A stretch of 64,000 nt of DNA from Centroscyllium fabricii (lineage: Eukaryota), in NCBI GenBank assembly GCA_051313645.2, contig JBNRSN020000005.1:192882001-192946000 (forward strand), given 5' to 3'. Within the stretch, counting starts at the first letter, position 1. Each line of letters starts with the position of its first letter. Below the pieces are notes generated by a model that saw nothing but the letters and a program-made list of their open reading frames with translations, made no database searches and had not been told where the DNA came from. Both the position numbers and the translations under genes were made by a program. Below, piece after piece: positions 38,191 to 50,480 of this stretch.

Positions 38191-41100
38191 CTGAACCGGT
38201 TTGTGTTCGTGTACATGGACGACATTTTAATCTTTTCTAAGTCTCGTGAGGAGCATGTTCACCATGTCCAGACTGTCCTGCAACGGCTTCTCGAGAACTC
38301 ATTATTTGTGAAGGCGGAGAAGTGTGAGTTTCACGTCACTACCGTTTTTTTCTTGGGGTACATCATTGCGCAGGGGAGCGTGCAGATGGATCCAGAGAAG
38401 GTGTCAGCTGTCACGTCATGGCCTATTCCAGAGACACGTAAACAGCTACAGCGGTTTCTGGGATTCGCTAATTTCTATCGACGGTTCATTTGCAGCTACA
38501 GCACGGTAACGGCCCCATTATCGGCTCTTACCTCCTCTAAGGTGCCATTCCTGTGGTCTTCTGCAGCGGAGGAGGCTTTTCGAGGTCTCAGGTCCCAGTT
38601 CACCTCTGCTCCCATTCTCCAGGTGCCTGATCCGGATCAGCAGTTCGTGGTAGAGGTGGACACATCAGATGTTGGAGTAGGGGCTATTCTGTCCCAACAT
38701 TCGGCTTCCGACCAAAAGCTACATCCCTGTGCCTATTTTTCCAAATGCCTGTCCTCGGCTGAGATGAACTATGACATCAGGAACCGGGAGTTACTGGTGA
38801 TCAAAATGGCATTGGAGGAGTGGCGCCATTGGCTAGAGGGGACCAAGCTGCCGTTCCTAGTCTGGACAGACCACAAAAACCTTGAATACATTCGCACGGC
38901 CAAGAGGCTGAATTCACGGCAGGCTAGGTGGTCCCTCTTCTTTACCCATTTCAACTTCACCCTCTCCTACCGGCCTGGTTCTCGCAATGTCAAGCCTGAT
39001 GCTCTGTCCTGCCAGTTCCAGAAGGAGGAGGGTTCCGCTCCTGGATCTGACCTCATCCTTCCAGCTCCTTGTCTTATTGCTGCTGTTACATGGGAGATCG
39101 AGGAGAGGGTGAGACCAGCCGTGGAGGATCAGGCTGGACCCAGCGGTTGTCCTCCCGACCATCTATTCGTTCCCACGAACCTTCGACCTGAGGTTCTCCT
39201 GTGGGCCCATGCTTCCAAGCTTTCCTGCCATCCGGGGGCTCAAAGGACCAAAGAGGTTATACTGCGGAGGTTCTGGTGGGATACGCTGGAAGAAGACACC
39301 CGGGAGTTTGTCAATGCCTGCTCGGTCTGCAACCAACACAAGCCGTCTCATCGGGCTCCCGCTGGCCTTCTGCAACCTCTGCCGATACCACATCGTCCTT
39401 GGTCCCACATATCCTTGGACTTTGTTACCGGTCTGCCTCCATCCAAGGGACTAACCACGATCCTGACAGTGGTGGACCGATTCAGCAAGATGGCCCACTT
39501 CATACCTCTGCCTAAGCTGCCCTCGGCGAAGGAGACAGCTGAACTTATGCTGCAACATGTTTTCCGGCTTCATGGGCTTCCTGTAGACGTAGTCTCTGAT
39601 CGGGGTCCTCAGTTTACGTCAGTATTCTGGAGGGAGTTCTGCAGTCTGATCGGGGCCACAGTCAGTCTGTCATCGGGTTTTCATCCGCAGTCCAACGGGC
39701 AGTCTGAACGTATGAATCAGGAGATGGAGAAGGCTCTCCGATGTATGGTCTCCCAGAATCCCTCTTCCTGGTCCCAGCTATTCCTGTGGGTAGAGTAGGC
39801 TCACAACACTCTGACCAGTTCTGCCACCGGACTCTCCCCGTTCCAGTGCGCCTATGGATTCCAGCCCCCATTGTTTCCGGACCTGGAGAGGGAGGTTTCC
39901 TGTCCGTCCATCCAGGCATTTATTCATCGTTGTCGCCGGACATGGGACCAGGCTCGGACTTCGTTGCTTCGCTCGGCGGATCGCTACTCGGCTGCTGCCA
40001 ACCGTCGTCGCTCGGAGGCTCCTAAATATCAGGCTGAGCAGAAGGTATGGCTCTCCACTAAGGACCTGCCTCTCCAGGTGGAGTCAAATAAGCTTGCTCC
40101 CCGTTTTATCGGGCCCTTCGAGATCCAGAAGATCATCAACTCAGCGGCTGTGAGACTCAAGCTTCCTCGATCCATGCGGGTTCATCCCACGTTTCATGTG
40201 TCACGAATCAAACCAGCACGTGAGAGTGCTTTGGTGCCTGTTGCCATGCCCCCTCTGCCTCCTCGTATGCTCGATGGTGGGTTGGTCTACACTGTTCGTC
40301 GCCTACTTCGCTCCCGTCATTGAGGGAGAGGACTTCAGTACCTGGTGGACTGGGAGGGGTATGGTCCAGAAGAGAGGTCCTGGGTTCCTGCTCGCCACAT
40401 AGTGGATCCTCAGCTTATGGCCGACTTCCACAAGAAGCATCCCGACCAGCTGAGTAGGAGGACTGCGCCCCCTGGGGAGTCTGGGCAAGGGTCCGGTTCC
40501 GTGCATTCTCTGGAAACCCTGAACGAGGATGTACAATCTTCTGATGATGAGAATTCCTTTCATTTTTGTGATGAGATGGACATGGATGAGGGCCCCGAGG
40601 AATGTTAGTCCCTCCTCCTCACCCCTCCGCCCAGCCGATTCCGGCATATGGGGTTTGGGACGTCAGGAGTCGTCCCTTGAGGGGGGGGTTCTTTCATAGG
40701 TTAGATTCCCCTTTAACTCCTAGGTGGGCTCTTCTCCTTTACACTGGTCAGCACCTCGTTAACTACTGCATGCACCTGATTGGACAACCCAGATTAACCA
40801 GTAGTATCTAGAGCTGTATATACGCTCCCACTTTTCACCATGAGGTTGCCAGATCGTTAATTCTTCTGACTGTGATACCTGTGTTTAGTTCCTAGCTCTC
40901 TGATCCTGTCTGTTCGTGATACTGACCTGCTTACCGGAAATTTGGATTCTCTTCTGCTTGAACTCTGTTTTTGGATTAGTCGCTCCCGTGGACGGACTAC
41001 CCGGAATATTACTGTTTCTGAATTTGGATTCTCTCCTGCCTGAACTCTGTTTTGGACTTGTTGCCTCCGTGAACTTTCTGCCGTTATTGACCTACTGTTT

Positions 41101-41192
41101 CCCATATCTTTTGACTGCTCAGAAAATAAAGGAGTTTACTTCTACGCATGTTTTTGGTGTATTGCATTTGGGTCCAACCTACAACCATTACA
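38191..41192 (+). mobile_element. Ty3/gypsy chromovirus (Sushi-like), 5'-truncated: pol 3' part plus 3' LTR
   Basis: RT YMDD, RNase [14 protein letters not shown], integrase HHCC and DDE ([23 protein letters not shown]), GPF motif and chromodomain ([17 protein letters not shown]). Stops at ~39798 and ~40323. G-rich PPT at ~40679-40688; LTR ~40692-41192. Confidence 0.93.
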
Positions 41193-41227
41193 GGTGGATT
41201 GAATTAGTGCAAATTAATACAATGGTA

Positions 41228-43482
41228 AGTCATGTCAGGTGAAATCAAACCCGTGATCTGCTCCTCCTGCTGCATGTGGGAAGTCAGGGACCAGAAATAA
41301 AGCTTCTAAATTGTCGCAAGGCAGGAGCTGGCCCAAGTGGACTGGGACCAGCTACTCGAAGGAAAGTCCACATCAGAACAGTGGGAGGCGTTCAAAAAGG
41401 AAATTGAGAAAGTACAAGGGAAACATGTTCCCCTTAAGGTCAAGGGTGGGACCAATAAGCCCAGGGAACCTTGGATGTCAAGGGATATAAGTGAATTGAT
41501 TCTGAAAAAGGGGTGCTTTCGGCAGACATAAAGAACTGAAGACAGAGGAGGCTCTAGAGGAGTATAGAAGGTGCAGAGGGGTACTTAAAAAGAAATTAGG
41601 AGAGCGAGGAGGGGCCATGAGATAACCCTGGTGGGCAAAATAAAAGAAAATCCTAAGATATTTTATAAGTATATAAAGGGCAAGAGGATAACGAGGGAAA
41701 GGGTTGGGCCCATTAAGGACCAAAGTGGGAATCTGTGTGTCAAGCCAGAGGATGCAGCTGGGGTTTTGAATGAATTTTTTGCACCTGTCTTCACTATGGA
41801 GAAGGGCAATATGGACATAGAAATAAGACAGGAGGAATGCGATACCCTTCATCATATTACTATTGACAGGGAGGAGGTACTAGCGGTTTTAGCAGGCTTA
41901 AAAGTGGATAAGCATTCAGGCCCTGACGAGATGTATCCCAGGCTGCTGGGTGAGGCTAAGGAAGAGATTGCAGGGGCTCTGACACAAATTTTCAGAACCT
42001 CTCTGGCCACAGGGGATGTCCCAGAGGACTGGAGAATTGCCAATGTAGTGCCATTATTCAAGAAAGGAAGTAGGGATAAACCAGGGAATTACAGGCAGTG
42101 ATCCTGACATCAGTGTTAGGGAAATTAATGGAAAAAATCCTGAGGGACAGAATTAGTCTCCACTTGGAGAGGCAAGGATTAATTAAGAATAGTCGGCATT
42201 GCTTTGTCAAGGGAAGATCATGTCTGACTAAATTGATTGAATTTTTGAAGGGATGACTAGGTGTGTGGATGGGGGTAGTGCAGTGGATGTGGTACACATG
42301 GATGTTAGTAAGGCTTTTGATAAGCTCCCGCATAGGAGACTGGTCAAGAAGGTAAGAGCCCATGGGATCCAGGGCACCTTGGCACAGTGGATCCAAAACT
42401 GCCTTAGTGACAGGAGGCATAGTGTGATGGTCGAAGGATGCTTTTGTGACTGGAAGCCTGTGTCCAGTGGGGTACCGCAGGGATCGATGTTGGGTCCCTT
42501 GCTGTTTGTAGTCTTTATTAATGATTTAGATATTAATGTAAAAGGCATGATCAGTAAGTTTGCAGATGACACAAAAGTTGAGGGGTTGGTAAATAGCAAG
42601 GAGGAAATCCACAACATGAAGGATGACATAGATAAGTTGGTCAGATGGGCGGAACAGTGGCAAATGAAATTTAATCATGAAAAGTGTGAGGTGATGCATT
42701 TCGGTAGGTCTAACATGGCAAGGGAATACACCATGAATGGTAGGATGCTAGGGAAGACACAGGATCAGAGGGACCTTGGTGTGCAGGTACATAGGTCCCT
42801 GAAGACAGCAGGACAGGTGGATAAGGTGGTTAAAAGGGCATAAGGGATACTTGCCTTCATTAGCCGAGGCATAGAATATAAGAGCAGGGATGTTATGACG
42901 GAGCTGTACAAAGCGCTGGTAAGGCCACAGCTGGAGTACTGTGTGCAGTCTGGTCGCCACACTACAGGAAGGATGTGATTGCTTTGCAGAGGGTGCAGAG
43001 GAGATTCACAAGGATTCTATCTGGGCTGGGGAGCTTCAGCTATGAAGAGAGACTGGATAGGCTGGGGTTGTTTTCCTTGGAGCAGAGGAGGCTGAGGGGG
43101 ACCTGATTGAGGTGTACAAAATTATAAGGGGAATAGATAGGGTGGATAAGGGGATCTTTTTCCTTTGGTAGAGGGGTCAATAACTAGGGAGCATAATTTC
43201 AGGTTGAGGGGCAGGAGGTATCGTGGGGATGTGAGGAAGAACGTTTTCACCCAGACGGTGGTTGGAGTCTGGAACTCACTGCCTGAAAGGGTGGTGGAGG
43301 CAGGAACCCTCGCAACATTCAAGAAGCATTTGGATGAGCACTTGAAATGCCACAGCATACAAGGCTATGGACCAAATGCGGGAAAATGGGAGTAGTATAG
43401 ACTGGGATTGATGGGCGGCACGGACGCGATGGGTCGAAGGGCCTTTTCTGTGCTGTATTACTCTATGACTCTATGACTCTAT
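41228..43482 (+). mobile_element. CR1 (HER1-like) LINE with internal deletion
   Basis: An ORF1 start (MSGEIKPVICSSCCMWE) is joined directly to mid-ORF2. RT motifs PGNYR, SGVPQGSMLGP and KFADDTK are present, with stops/frameshifts and a (CTCTATGA)n tail. Confidence 0.92.
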
Positions 43483-44172
43483 ATGTTAATGTGCATAGGT
43501 CCTGAAGGTAGTAGGACATTTTGCAAAGCATATGGGATCTTGGACTTCATAAATAAAGGTACAAAATTAGAGACGCTATACAGAACCTTTATAAAGCACT
43601 GGTGAGTCCATAACTGGAGTATTGCGTCCAGTTCTGGTCACCATAGTTTCGGTTTGATGTGCGTATCCTTGAGAGGGTGCAATGAAGATTTAACAGAATG
43701 GCCCTGTGGAAGGGGGATCTTAGCTACAAGGACAAGCTGGATAAGCTGGATTAGTTTTCATTAGAGAAAAGGAAGTTGAGCACTGATTTGATAGAGGAGA
43801 ACAAGATTATGAGGGTATGGACAGTCTAGAAGGAATAATGCGCTTCCCACTAGTTCGGGCACCAGTACTTTGGTGCACAGATTATAGATTTTTGGGCCAG
43901 AGATGCAGGGGGACGTGATGAAAAACTTTTTTATGCAGCGAGTGGTGATGACCTGGAATTCGCTGCCGACGGAAGAGGTGGGAGCGGAGACACTCAATGT
44001 TTTCAAGGGGAGACTGGTTAGGCACATGAGGGAAATAAACGTGCAGGGCTACGGGGATACAGCGGGGGAATGGGACTGAAAGGATTTCTCTACAGAGAGT
44101 CGGCAAGCACTCGATGGGCCGAATGGGCTCTTTCTGTGGCGTAAAACTCTATGACTATAACTCTATGACTAC
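43483..44172 (+). mobile_element. CR1 LINE 3' fragment (older subfamily)
   Basis: Motifs LEYCVQFWSP and FMQRVVMTWNSLP, and a CTCTATGACT tail. Confidence 0.85.
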
Positions 44173-44189
44173 TGTCTTCTGACTCATGT

Positions 44190-44890
44190 GCTGCAGAACT
44201 AGGGTCACTCTGCCTAATTGCAGAGCTTTCTTCGCCCAGGCCATTTAACAGCAGGACGAGAGATGTGCCTTATATTTGCAGCGCCTCCTATTCCCCTTTG
44301 ACTCTTGTACTGCAGTATGAAGACTGCTCCATCTAACGCTAGTGCACCGCCCTGCTCTCTGATTTAGCACAGGACGGCGAACACTCCGTCTAATGGCAGC
44401 GCTCCCTATTCTTCTCTGACTGATTTCTTAAAGGACAATTGACGCGTTGGATGAATGTGGATCTCCCTACTGTTTTCTGACTGATCACAGGCCAATCGAC
44501 GCTCTGTCTGTACCGCGCCCTGTACTGACCACCAACTAAGTTGGACGCTCTGTCTAAGATGAGCACACCCCACTGCCCTCTCACTGGTTAACAAAGAACG
44601 AGGGGCGTCATGCCTAACAGTAACGTTCATTATTAGCCTCTGACTGATTTACCACAGGGCGAGCGATATTCTGTGTAACCGTAGCGCCCCCTCCTGCGCT
44701 GTGAATGATTTACCTCAGTCGAGAGACGAAGATTTCAAGTGAAGAGCCCCGTACTCCTCTCTGACTGATTAATCGCAGGATGAGGAACTCTCTGTCATAA
44801 TCTAACGCCCCCTGCATCCTCTGACTAATTGAGTACAAGACGGGCGCCGCTCTTGTGCAAGTGCTGCGCTCCTGCTGCACTATGTTTGAT
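44190..44890 (+). repeat. Degenerate ~61-bp tandem repeat, left part
   Basis: Recurrent CTGACTGATTTACCACAGGACGAG..CTCTGTCTAA..AGCGCCCCCTACTGCCCT units. Confidence 0.8.
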
Positions 44891-44896
44891 ACTTCA

Positions 44897-45222
44897 CAAG
44901 AAGAAGAAAGACTTGAATTTATATAGCGCCTTTCACAACTAACGCATGACCCAATATGCTTTACAGCCAATGAAGTACTTTTTGAAGTGTAGTCACTGTT
45001 GCAATGTAGGAATCACGCAGCCAATATGCGCACAGCAAGCTTCCGCAAACAGCAATCTGATAATAACCAGATAATACTTTGTTTAGTGATGTTGATTAAT
45101 GGATAATTTTATCCGGGCCACCGGTGATAACTCGGCTGGTCTTCTGAGAAAAGGCCATAGGATCTTTACAGCGCACTTGAGCAGGCAAACGGCGCCTCGG
45201 TTGAACTTAACATCAAAAAGAC
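44897..45222 (-). mobile_element. SacSINE1/Deu-like SINE, 3' part (5' part at 48222-48357)
   Basis: L2-type tail GACTTGAATTTATATAGCGCCTTTCAC and TTTGAAGTGTAGTCACTGTTG. It continues after the LINE and ends ..CAACCGAGCCACAGCTGAC. Confidence 0.7.
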
Positions 45223-46703
45223 GTTTTTTAAAATTTATTATTCATTAATGGGATGTGGGCGTCGCTGGCTGGCTAGGCCTGCATTTAGTGCCCATCCCTA
45301 ATTGCCGTTGAGAAGATGGTGGTAAACCGCCTTCTTGAACTGCTGCAGTCCATATGGTGTAAGTACACCCAGAATGTTGTTAGGAAGGGAGTTCCAGGAT
45401 TTTGGCCCAGCGACGGTGAAGGAGCGGCGATACAGGTCCAGGTCAGGATGGTGTGTGGCTTGGAGGGGAACTTGTAGGTGGTGCTGTTCCCATGCGTCTG
45501 CTGCCCTTGTCCTTCTAAGTGGTAGAGGTCGCGGGATTGGAAGGTGCTGTTGAAGGAGCTTTGGCGAGTTGCTGCAGTGCATCTTGTAGATGGTACACAC
45601 TGCAGCCACAGTGCGCCGGTGGTGGAGGGAGTGAATGTTGAAGGTGGTGGATGGAGTGCCAATCAAGCGGCCTGCTTTATCCTGAATGGTGTGGAGCTTC
45701 TTGAGTGTTGTTGGAGCTGCCCTCATCCAGGCAAGTGGAGATTATTCCATCACACTCCTGACTTGTGCCTTGTAAATTGTGGAAAGGCTTTGGGGAGTCA
45801 GTAGGTGAGACACTCGCCGCAGAATTCCCAGCCTCTGGCCTGCTCTTGTAGCCACAGTATTTATATAGCTGGTCCAGTTCAGTTTCCGATCAATGGTAAC
45901 CCCCAGGATGTTGATAGTGGGGGATTCAGCGATGATAATGCCATTGAATGTCAAGGGGAGATGGTTAGAGTCTCGCTTGTTGGAGATGGTCATTGCCTGG
46001 CACTTGTGTGGTGTGAATGTTACTTGCCACTTGTCAGCCCAAGTCTGAATGTTGTACAGGTCTTGCTGCATATGGGCACGGACTGTGTCAGTATCTGACG
46101 AGTTTCGAATGGTGCTGAACAGTGTGCAATCATCAGCAAACATCCCCACTTCTGATCTTATGATGGAGGGAAGGTCATTGATGGAACAGCTGAAGATGGT
46201 TGGGCCTAGGACACTGCCCTGAGGAACTCCTGCAGTGATGTCCTGTGGTTGAGATGAATGACCTCCAACAACCACAGCCAACTTCCTTTGTGCTAGGTAT
46301 GATTCCAACCAATGGAGAGTTTTCCCCTTAATTCCCATTGACTTAAGCTTTGCCAGGGTTCCTTGATGCCACACTTGATCAAATGCTGCCTTGATGTCAA
46401 GGGCAGTGACTCTCACCTCACCTCTTGAGTGACTGCCCTCTTTTGTCCATGTTTGGACCAAGGCTGTAATGAGGTCAGGAGCCAAGTGGCCCTGGTGGAA
46501 CCCAAACTGGGTGTCAGTTAGCAGGTTATTGCTGAGTAAGTGCCGCTTGATAGCACTGTCGACGACACCTTCCATCACTTTGCTGATGATTGAGAATAGA
46601 CTGATGGGACGGTAATTGGCCGGGTTGGATTTGTCCTGCTTTTTGTAGATAGGACATACTTGGGCAATTTTCCACATTGCTGGGTAGATGCCAGTGTTGT
46701 AGC

Positions 46704-46942
46704 GAAATGCAAGAAGTCACACAACACCAGATTATAGTCCAACAGTTTTATTTTAAATCACAAGCTTTCGGAGATTTTTGCCCCTTCGTCAGGTGAAAGA
46801 AGCTTTTGTCCCTTCGTCACCTCGCGAAAGGGCAAAAGCTCCGAAAGCCTGTGATTTAAAATAAAACTGTTGGACTATAATCTGGTGTTGTGTGACTTCT
46901 TGCATTTGTCCACCCCAGTCCAACACCGGCACCTCCACATCA
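46704..46942. mobile_element. Penelope-derived palindromic mini-element with hammerhead core
   Basis: ~90-bp inverted arms and a 3' extension GTCCACCCCAGTCCAACACCGGCACCTCCACATCA. Flanked by a 12-bp duplication CAGTG(T/G)TGTAGC. Confidence 0.8.
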
Positions 46943-47500
46943 GTGGTGTAGCTGTACTGGAACAGCTTGGCTAGGGGCACAGCTAGTTCTGGAGCACAAG
47001 TCTTCAGTACTATTGCCAGAATGTTGTCAGGGCCCATAGCCGTTGCAGTATCCAGTGTCTTCAGCCGTTTCTTGACATCACGTGGAGTGAATTGAATGGG
47101 CTGAAGACTAGCATCTGTGATGCTGGGGAACTCAGGAGGAGGCCGAGAAGGATCATCCACTCAGCATTTCTGGCTGTAGATAGTTGCAAATGCGTCAGCC
47201 TTGTCTTTTGCACTCATGTGCTGGGCTTCACCATCATTGAGGATGGGGATATTTTTGGAGCTTCCTCCTCCTGTTAACTGTTTAATTGTCCACCACAACT
47301 CACGACTGGATGTGGCAGGACTGCAAGCTTGGACTTGAGCCGATGGTTGTGAGATCGCTTAGCTCTGTCTATCGCATGTTGCTTCTGTTGTTTGGCAAGC
47401 AAGTAGTCCTGTGTTGTAGCCTCACCAGGTTGACACCTCATTTTTCGGTATGCCTGGTGCTGTTCCCGGCAAGCTCTCCTGCACTCTTCGTTAAACCAGG

Positions 47501-47884
47501 ACGAATTACCGGTACACAGCTACCGTCAATGGAAAGCATCTACCTCAAACGCTGCTTACGGAGGTCTATGAACATTATTAAAGACCCCACACACCCCAGC
47601 CACAGTCTGTTCGCCCCTCTGCCCTCTGGGAGACGCTACAGAGCAATTCGCACCCGCACGACTAGATTTCAGAACAGCTTCTTCCCCAGGGTTGTCAGCC
47701 TCCTGAACTCTAAAAAGAAACTCCGGTACCTGCACGCCTGACAATGAACTTTACTGTATGCAATTTGCATGTAATTTATTTATTTTGTTTGCACTACTCT
47801 CGGGAGAGTCGAGTCTTCGTCTCGTTGTATTGTACTAGTACTCTGCAATGACAATAAAACTTGAATTGAATTGAATTGAATTGA
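47501..47884 (+). mobile_element. Rex1/Babar-like LINE 3' fragment
   Basis: RITGTQLPSMESIYLKRCLRR..SFFPRVVSLLN followed by a (TTGAA)n tail. Closely similar to the 6631 copy. Confidence 0.88.
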
Positions 47885-48221
47885 TTGATCTCCTGGCTTG
47901 ATGGTAATGGTAGAGTGAGGGATATGCCGGGCCATGAGGTTACAGATTGTGGTTGAATACAATTCTGCTGCTGCTAATGGCCCACAGCGCCTCATGGATG
48001 CCCAGTTTTGAGTTGCCAGATCTGTTTGAAATCTGTCCCATTTAGCACGGTAGTAGTGCCACACAACATGGCGGAGGGTATCCTCAACATGAAGACGGGA
48101 CTTCGTTTCCACAAGGACTGTACGGTGGTCACTTCTACCAATGCTGCCATGGACAGATGCATCTGCAACAGGTAGATTGGTGAGGACGAGACCAAGTAGG
48201 TTTTTCCCTCTTGTTGGTCCG

Positions 48222-48357
48222 AATGTGCTGCACTCTCTCAGTACTGTGCTAGCAGGTCAGTGAAGATTTTTTTTTGTGCTGACGTCTCTGGAGTAGGAAT
48301 TAAATCTTACAACTTTCTGACACACGCTGAAGGTGCTATCAACCGAGCCACAGCTGA
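48222..48357 (-). mobile_element. SacSINE1/Deu-like SINE, 5' part
   Basis: GCTGCACTCTCTCAGTACTG..GGAGTAGGAATT..GAGCCACAGCTGAC, which is a tRNA-like head on the minus strand. Confidence 0.6.
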
Positions 48358-48359
48358 CA

Positions 48360-49862
48360 GGATGTGTGCTCGGTCGTGTGGAGCACCTCTTACCGTCCTC
48401 TGCCTGATTTACCACGGGACGAGGCATGTTCTATCTAAGTGGAGCGCACCCTATTGCCCTCTGTCTGAATGACCAGACTATGAGTGTGTTTCTGTCTAAT
48501 TGCAGCTCTCCCACCACCCAAAGCCCTCTGTCTGATTCTCCGCAGGTCGAGGGATACTCTGTATAATTAGAACGCCCCATCCTGCCCTCTGACTTAACAT
48601 TTGGCAAGAGAGATGCTCTGTCTAACATTGGCTTCCCCTACTACTCTGTGAATGATTTAACCACAGGACGAGGAATGTACTGTCTAAGTGGAGCGCCCCA
48701 ATGCCCACTGGCTGATTTACCAGAGGACGAGTGACCTTCTCTCTAAGTGGAACCAGCCTACTGCCCTCTGAATGAATTTGCTCCAGCCGATGGATGCTCT
48801 GTTAATGAAGTGCCTCTCACATATCACTGGACCAGGGATCCTCTGTCCAAATGTGGTGCACCATGCTGCCCACTAATTAATTCATCCCAGTACGAGGGAC
48901 GCTCGGTCAAAGTGGAGCACACTTTATCCAAATGATTTATCACAAGATGAGTCATACTTAAATTTTAGCGCCCCCTACTGCTGACTGATCTACCACAGGA
49001 GGAGAGATACGAGGCCTGTGGATCATCCCCTACTGCTCTCTGTCTGATTTACCACAGGACGAGGGAAGCTGTCTAACAGCAGTCCCTCCGGCTGATATGC
49101 CATAAGAGAAGCGATGCTCTGCCAAGTATAGCGCCCACTGCTACCCTCAGATTGATTTAAAGAGGGCGATGGATACACTATCTAAGTGCAGCGCCCCCTG
49201 CTCCCCTGTAATGTCCTAATGGGGTGGGGAGTCTGCGTAAGACTAGTGCACCGAACGCCTTCGGAAGATTTACCAAAGCACAAGGGGCGCGATGTTTACA
49301 TGGAGCGCTCCCTAATGCCTTCCGATAGATTTGTTACATCATGATGGACGCTCTGTCTAAGTGGAGTGTCCCCTACTGACCTCCGACTGATGGAGCACAA
49401 GATGAGGCACGCTCTGTTTAAGTGAAGCGTATTCTGCTGTTCTCCAATTGATTTACCACAGAACAAGGGACGCTCTCTCTAAGTGGAATGCCCTAGTTAC
49501 ATGTAACTGATTTATCACATGTAAGAAGTCTCACAACACCAGGTTATAGTCCAACAGTTTTATTTGAAATCACAAGCTTTCGGAGCGCTGTTGGACTCTA
49601 ACCTGGTGTTGTGTGACTTCTTACACTTGTCCACGCCAGTCCAACACCGGCACCTCCACATCATAATTTATCACAGACTGAGCAGAGCTCGAAATGTTGC
49701 TGTTACGACTGCCCTCTGACTAATTTACCAAAGCTCTATACTGCGTTCTTACAAAATTCCTGACTGCCGTATGACGGATTCGCCACAGGAATGGCAATGC
49801 TATGCCTCAGTGTAGCGCCCCCTACTGCTGACTGATTTACCACTGGTAGAGAGATGCTCTGC
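48360..49862 (+). repeat. Degenerate ~61-bp tandem repeat, right part
   Basis: Same unit as 44190-44890. TAGCGCCCCCTACTGC occurs at 48966 and 49813. Confidence 0.85.
49520..49665. mobile_element. Penelope-derived palindromic mini-element (shortest copy)
   Basis: Same termini as the 46704 element, with short inverted arms. ATTTATCACA is duplicated on both sides. Confidence 0.8.
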
Positions 49863-49879
49863 AGACAGCAATGTGATCA

Positions 49880-50480
49880 TGACTAGATATTGGCCAGGTA
49901 GTCCGGCTTTGAATGCGTAGTTCAATTTATTGTCAATAAGGCTCCTAGGTCTCTTTCACTTTCCATGGAGAATAATTTATTTTCAATTAAGTGATTGTCC
50001 ATTCCAGGATTTTGTCTACATGTGAAGCACGTTGTCTTTCTCTACATTGAATGATATCTGTCGCCTGTCCGCCCAATTCCCCAGTATTTAAATCTTCCTG
50101 TAGTTTATCCTTTGCGGTCTTCCACCTTCACCAGCTTTGTTTCATCTGAAACGTTGTGACTACGAGATCCAGATGATTTATAAAGATATTAAGCAAAATC
50201 GATTCAAACAGATGTCTGTGCTAACCCACTGACCTGGGCCGATGGCAATCCCTGTATGACACGCTCTGGCTCAATCGTTGTACTAATTACACATCACTGG
50301 TAAAATATTCCCACTGATTCTCACGATCTTTATTTTCAGTCCCAGCCTCCCAGAAGGATGTGTATTAAAGAACTGTCTGAAGCCAGTGACACGTCATCCA
50401 ATGCCTCACCCCTGTCAAGCTCTTGTGTCACACCCTGAAAGAGAACTAGTGAACTAGATCAGCAAGCCTCAACTTCATGA
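49880..50480 (-). mobile_element. Ancient CR1/L2-type LINE remnant
   Basis: Faint minus-strand motifs DETKLV and WADRRQISFN. Confidence 0.4.

Larger units (their letters stand above)
45223..48220 (-). mobile_element. CR1/L2-group LINE ORF2, 5'-truncated, with two nested insertions
   Basis: NPANYRPISL, ALDIKAAFDQVWH, GVPQGSVLGP and MFADDCTL in ORF 45742-46677. 3' tail at ~45225-45290. Confidence 0.88.
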
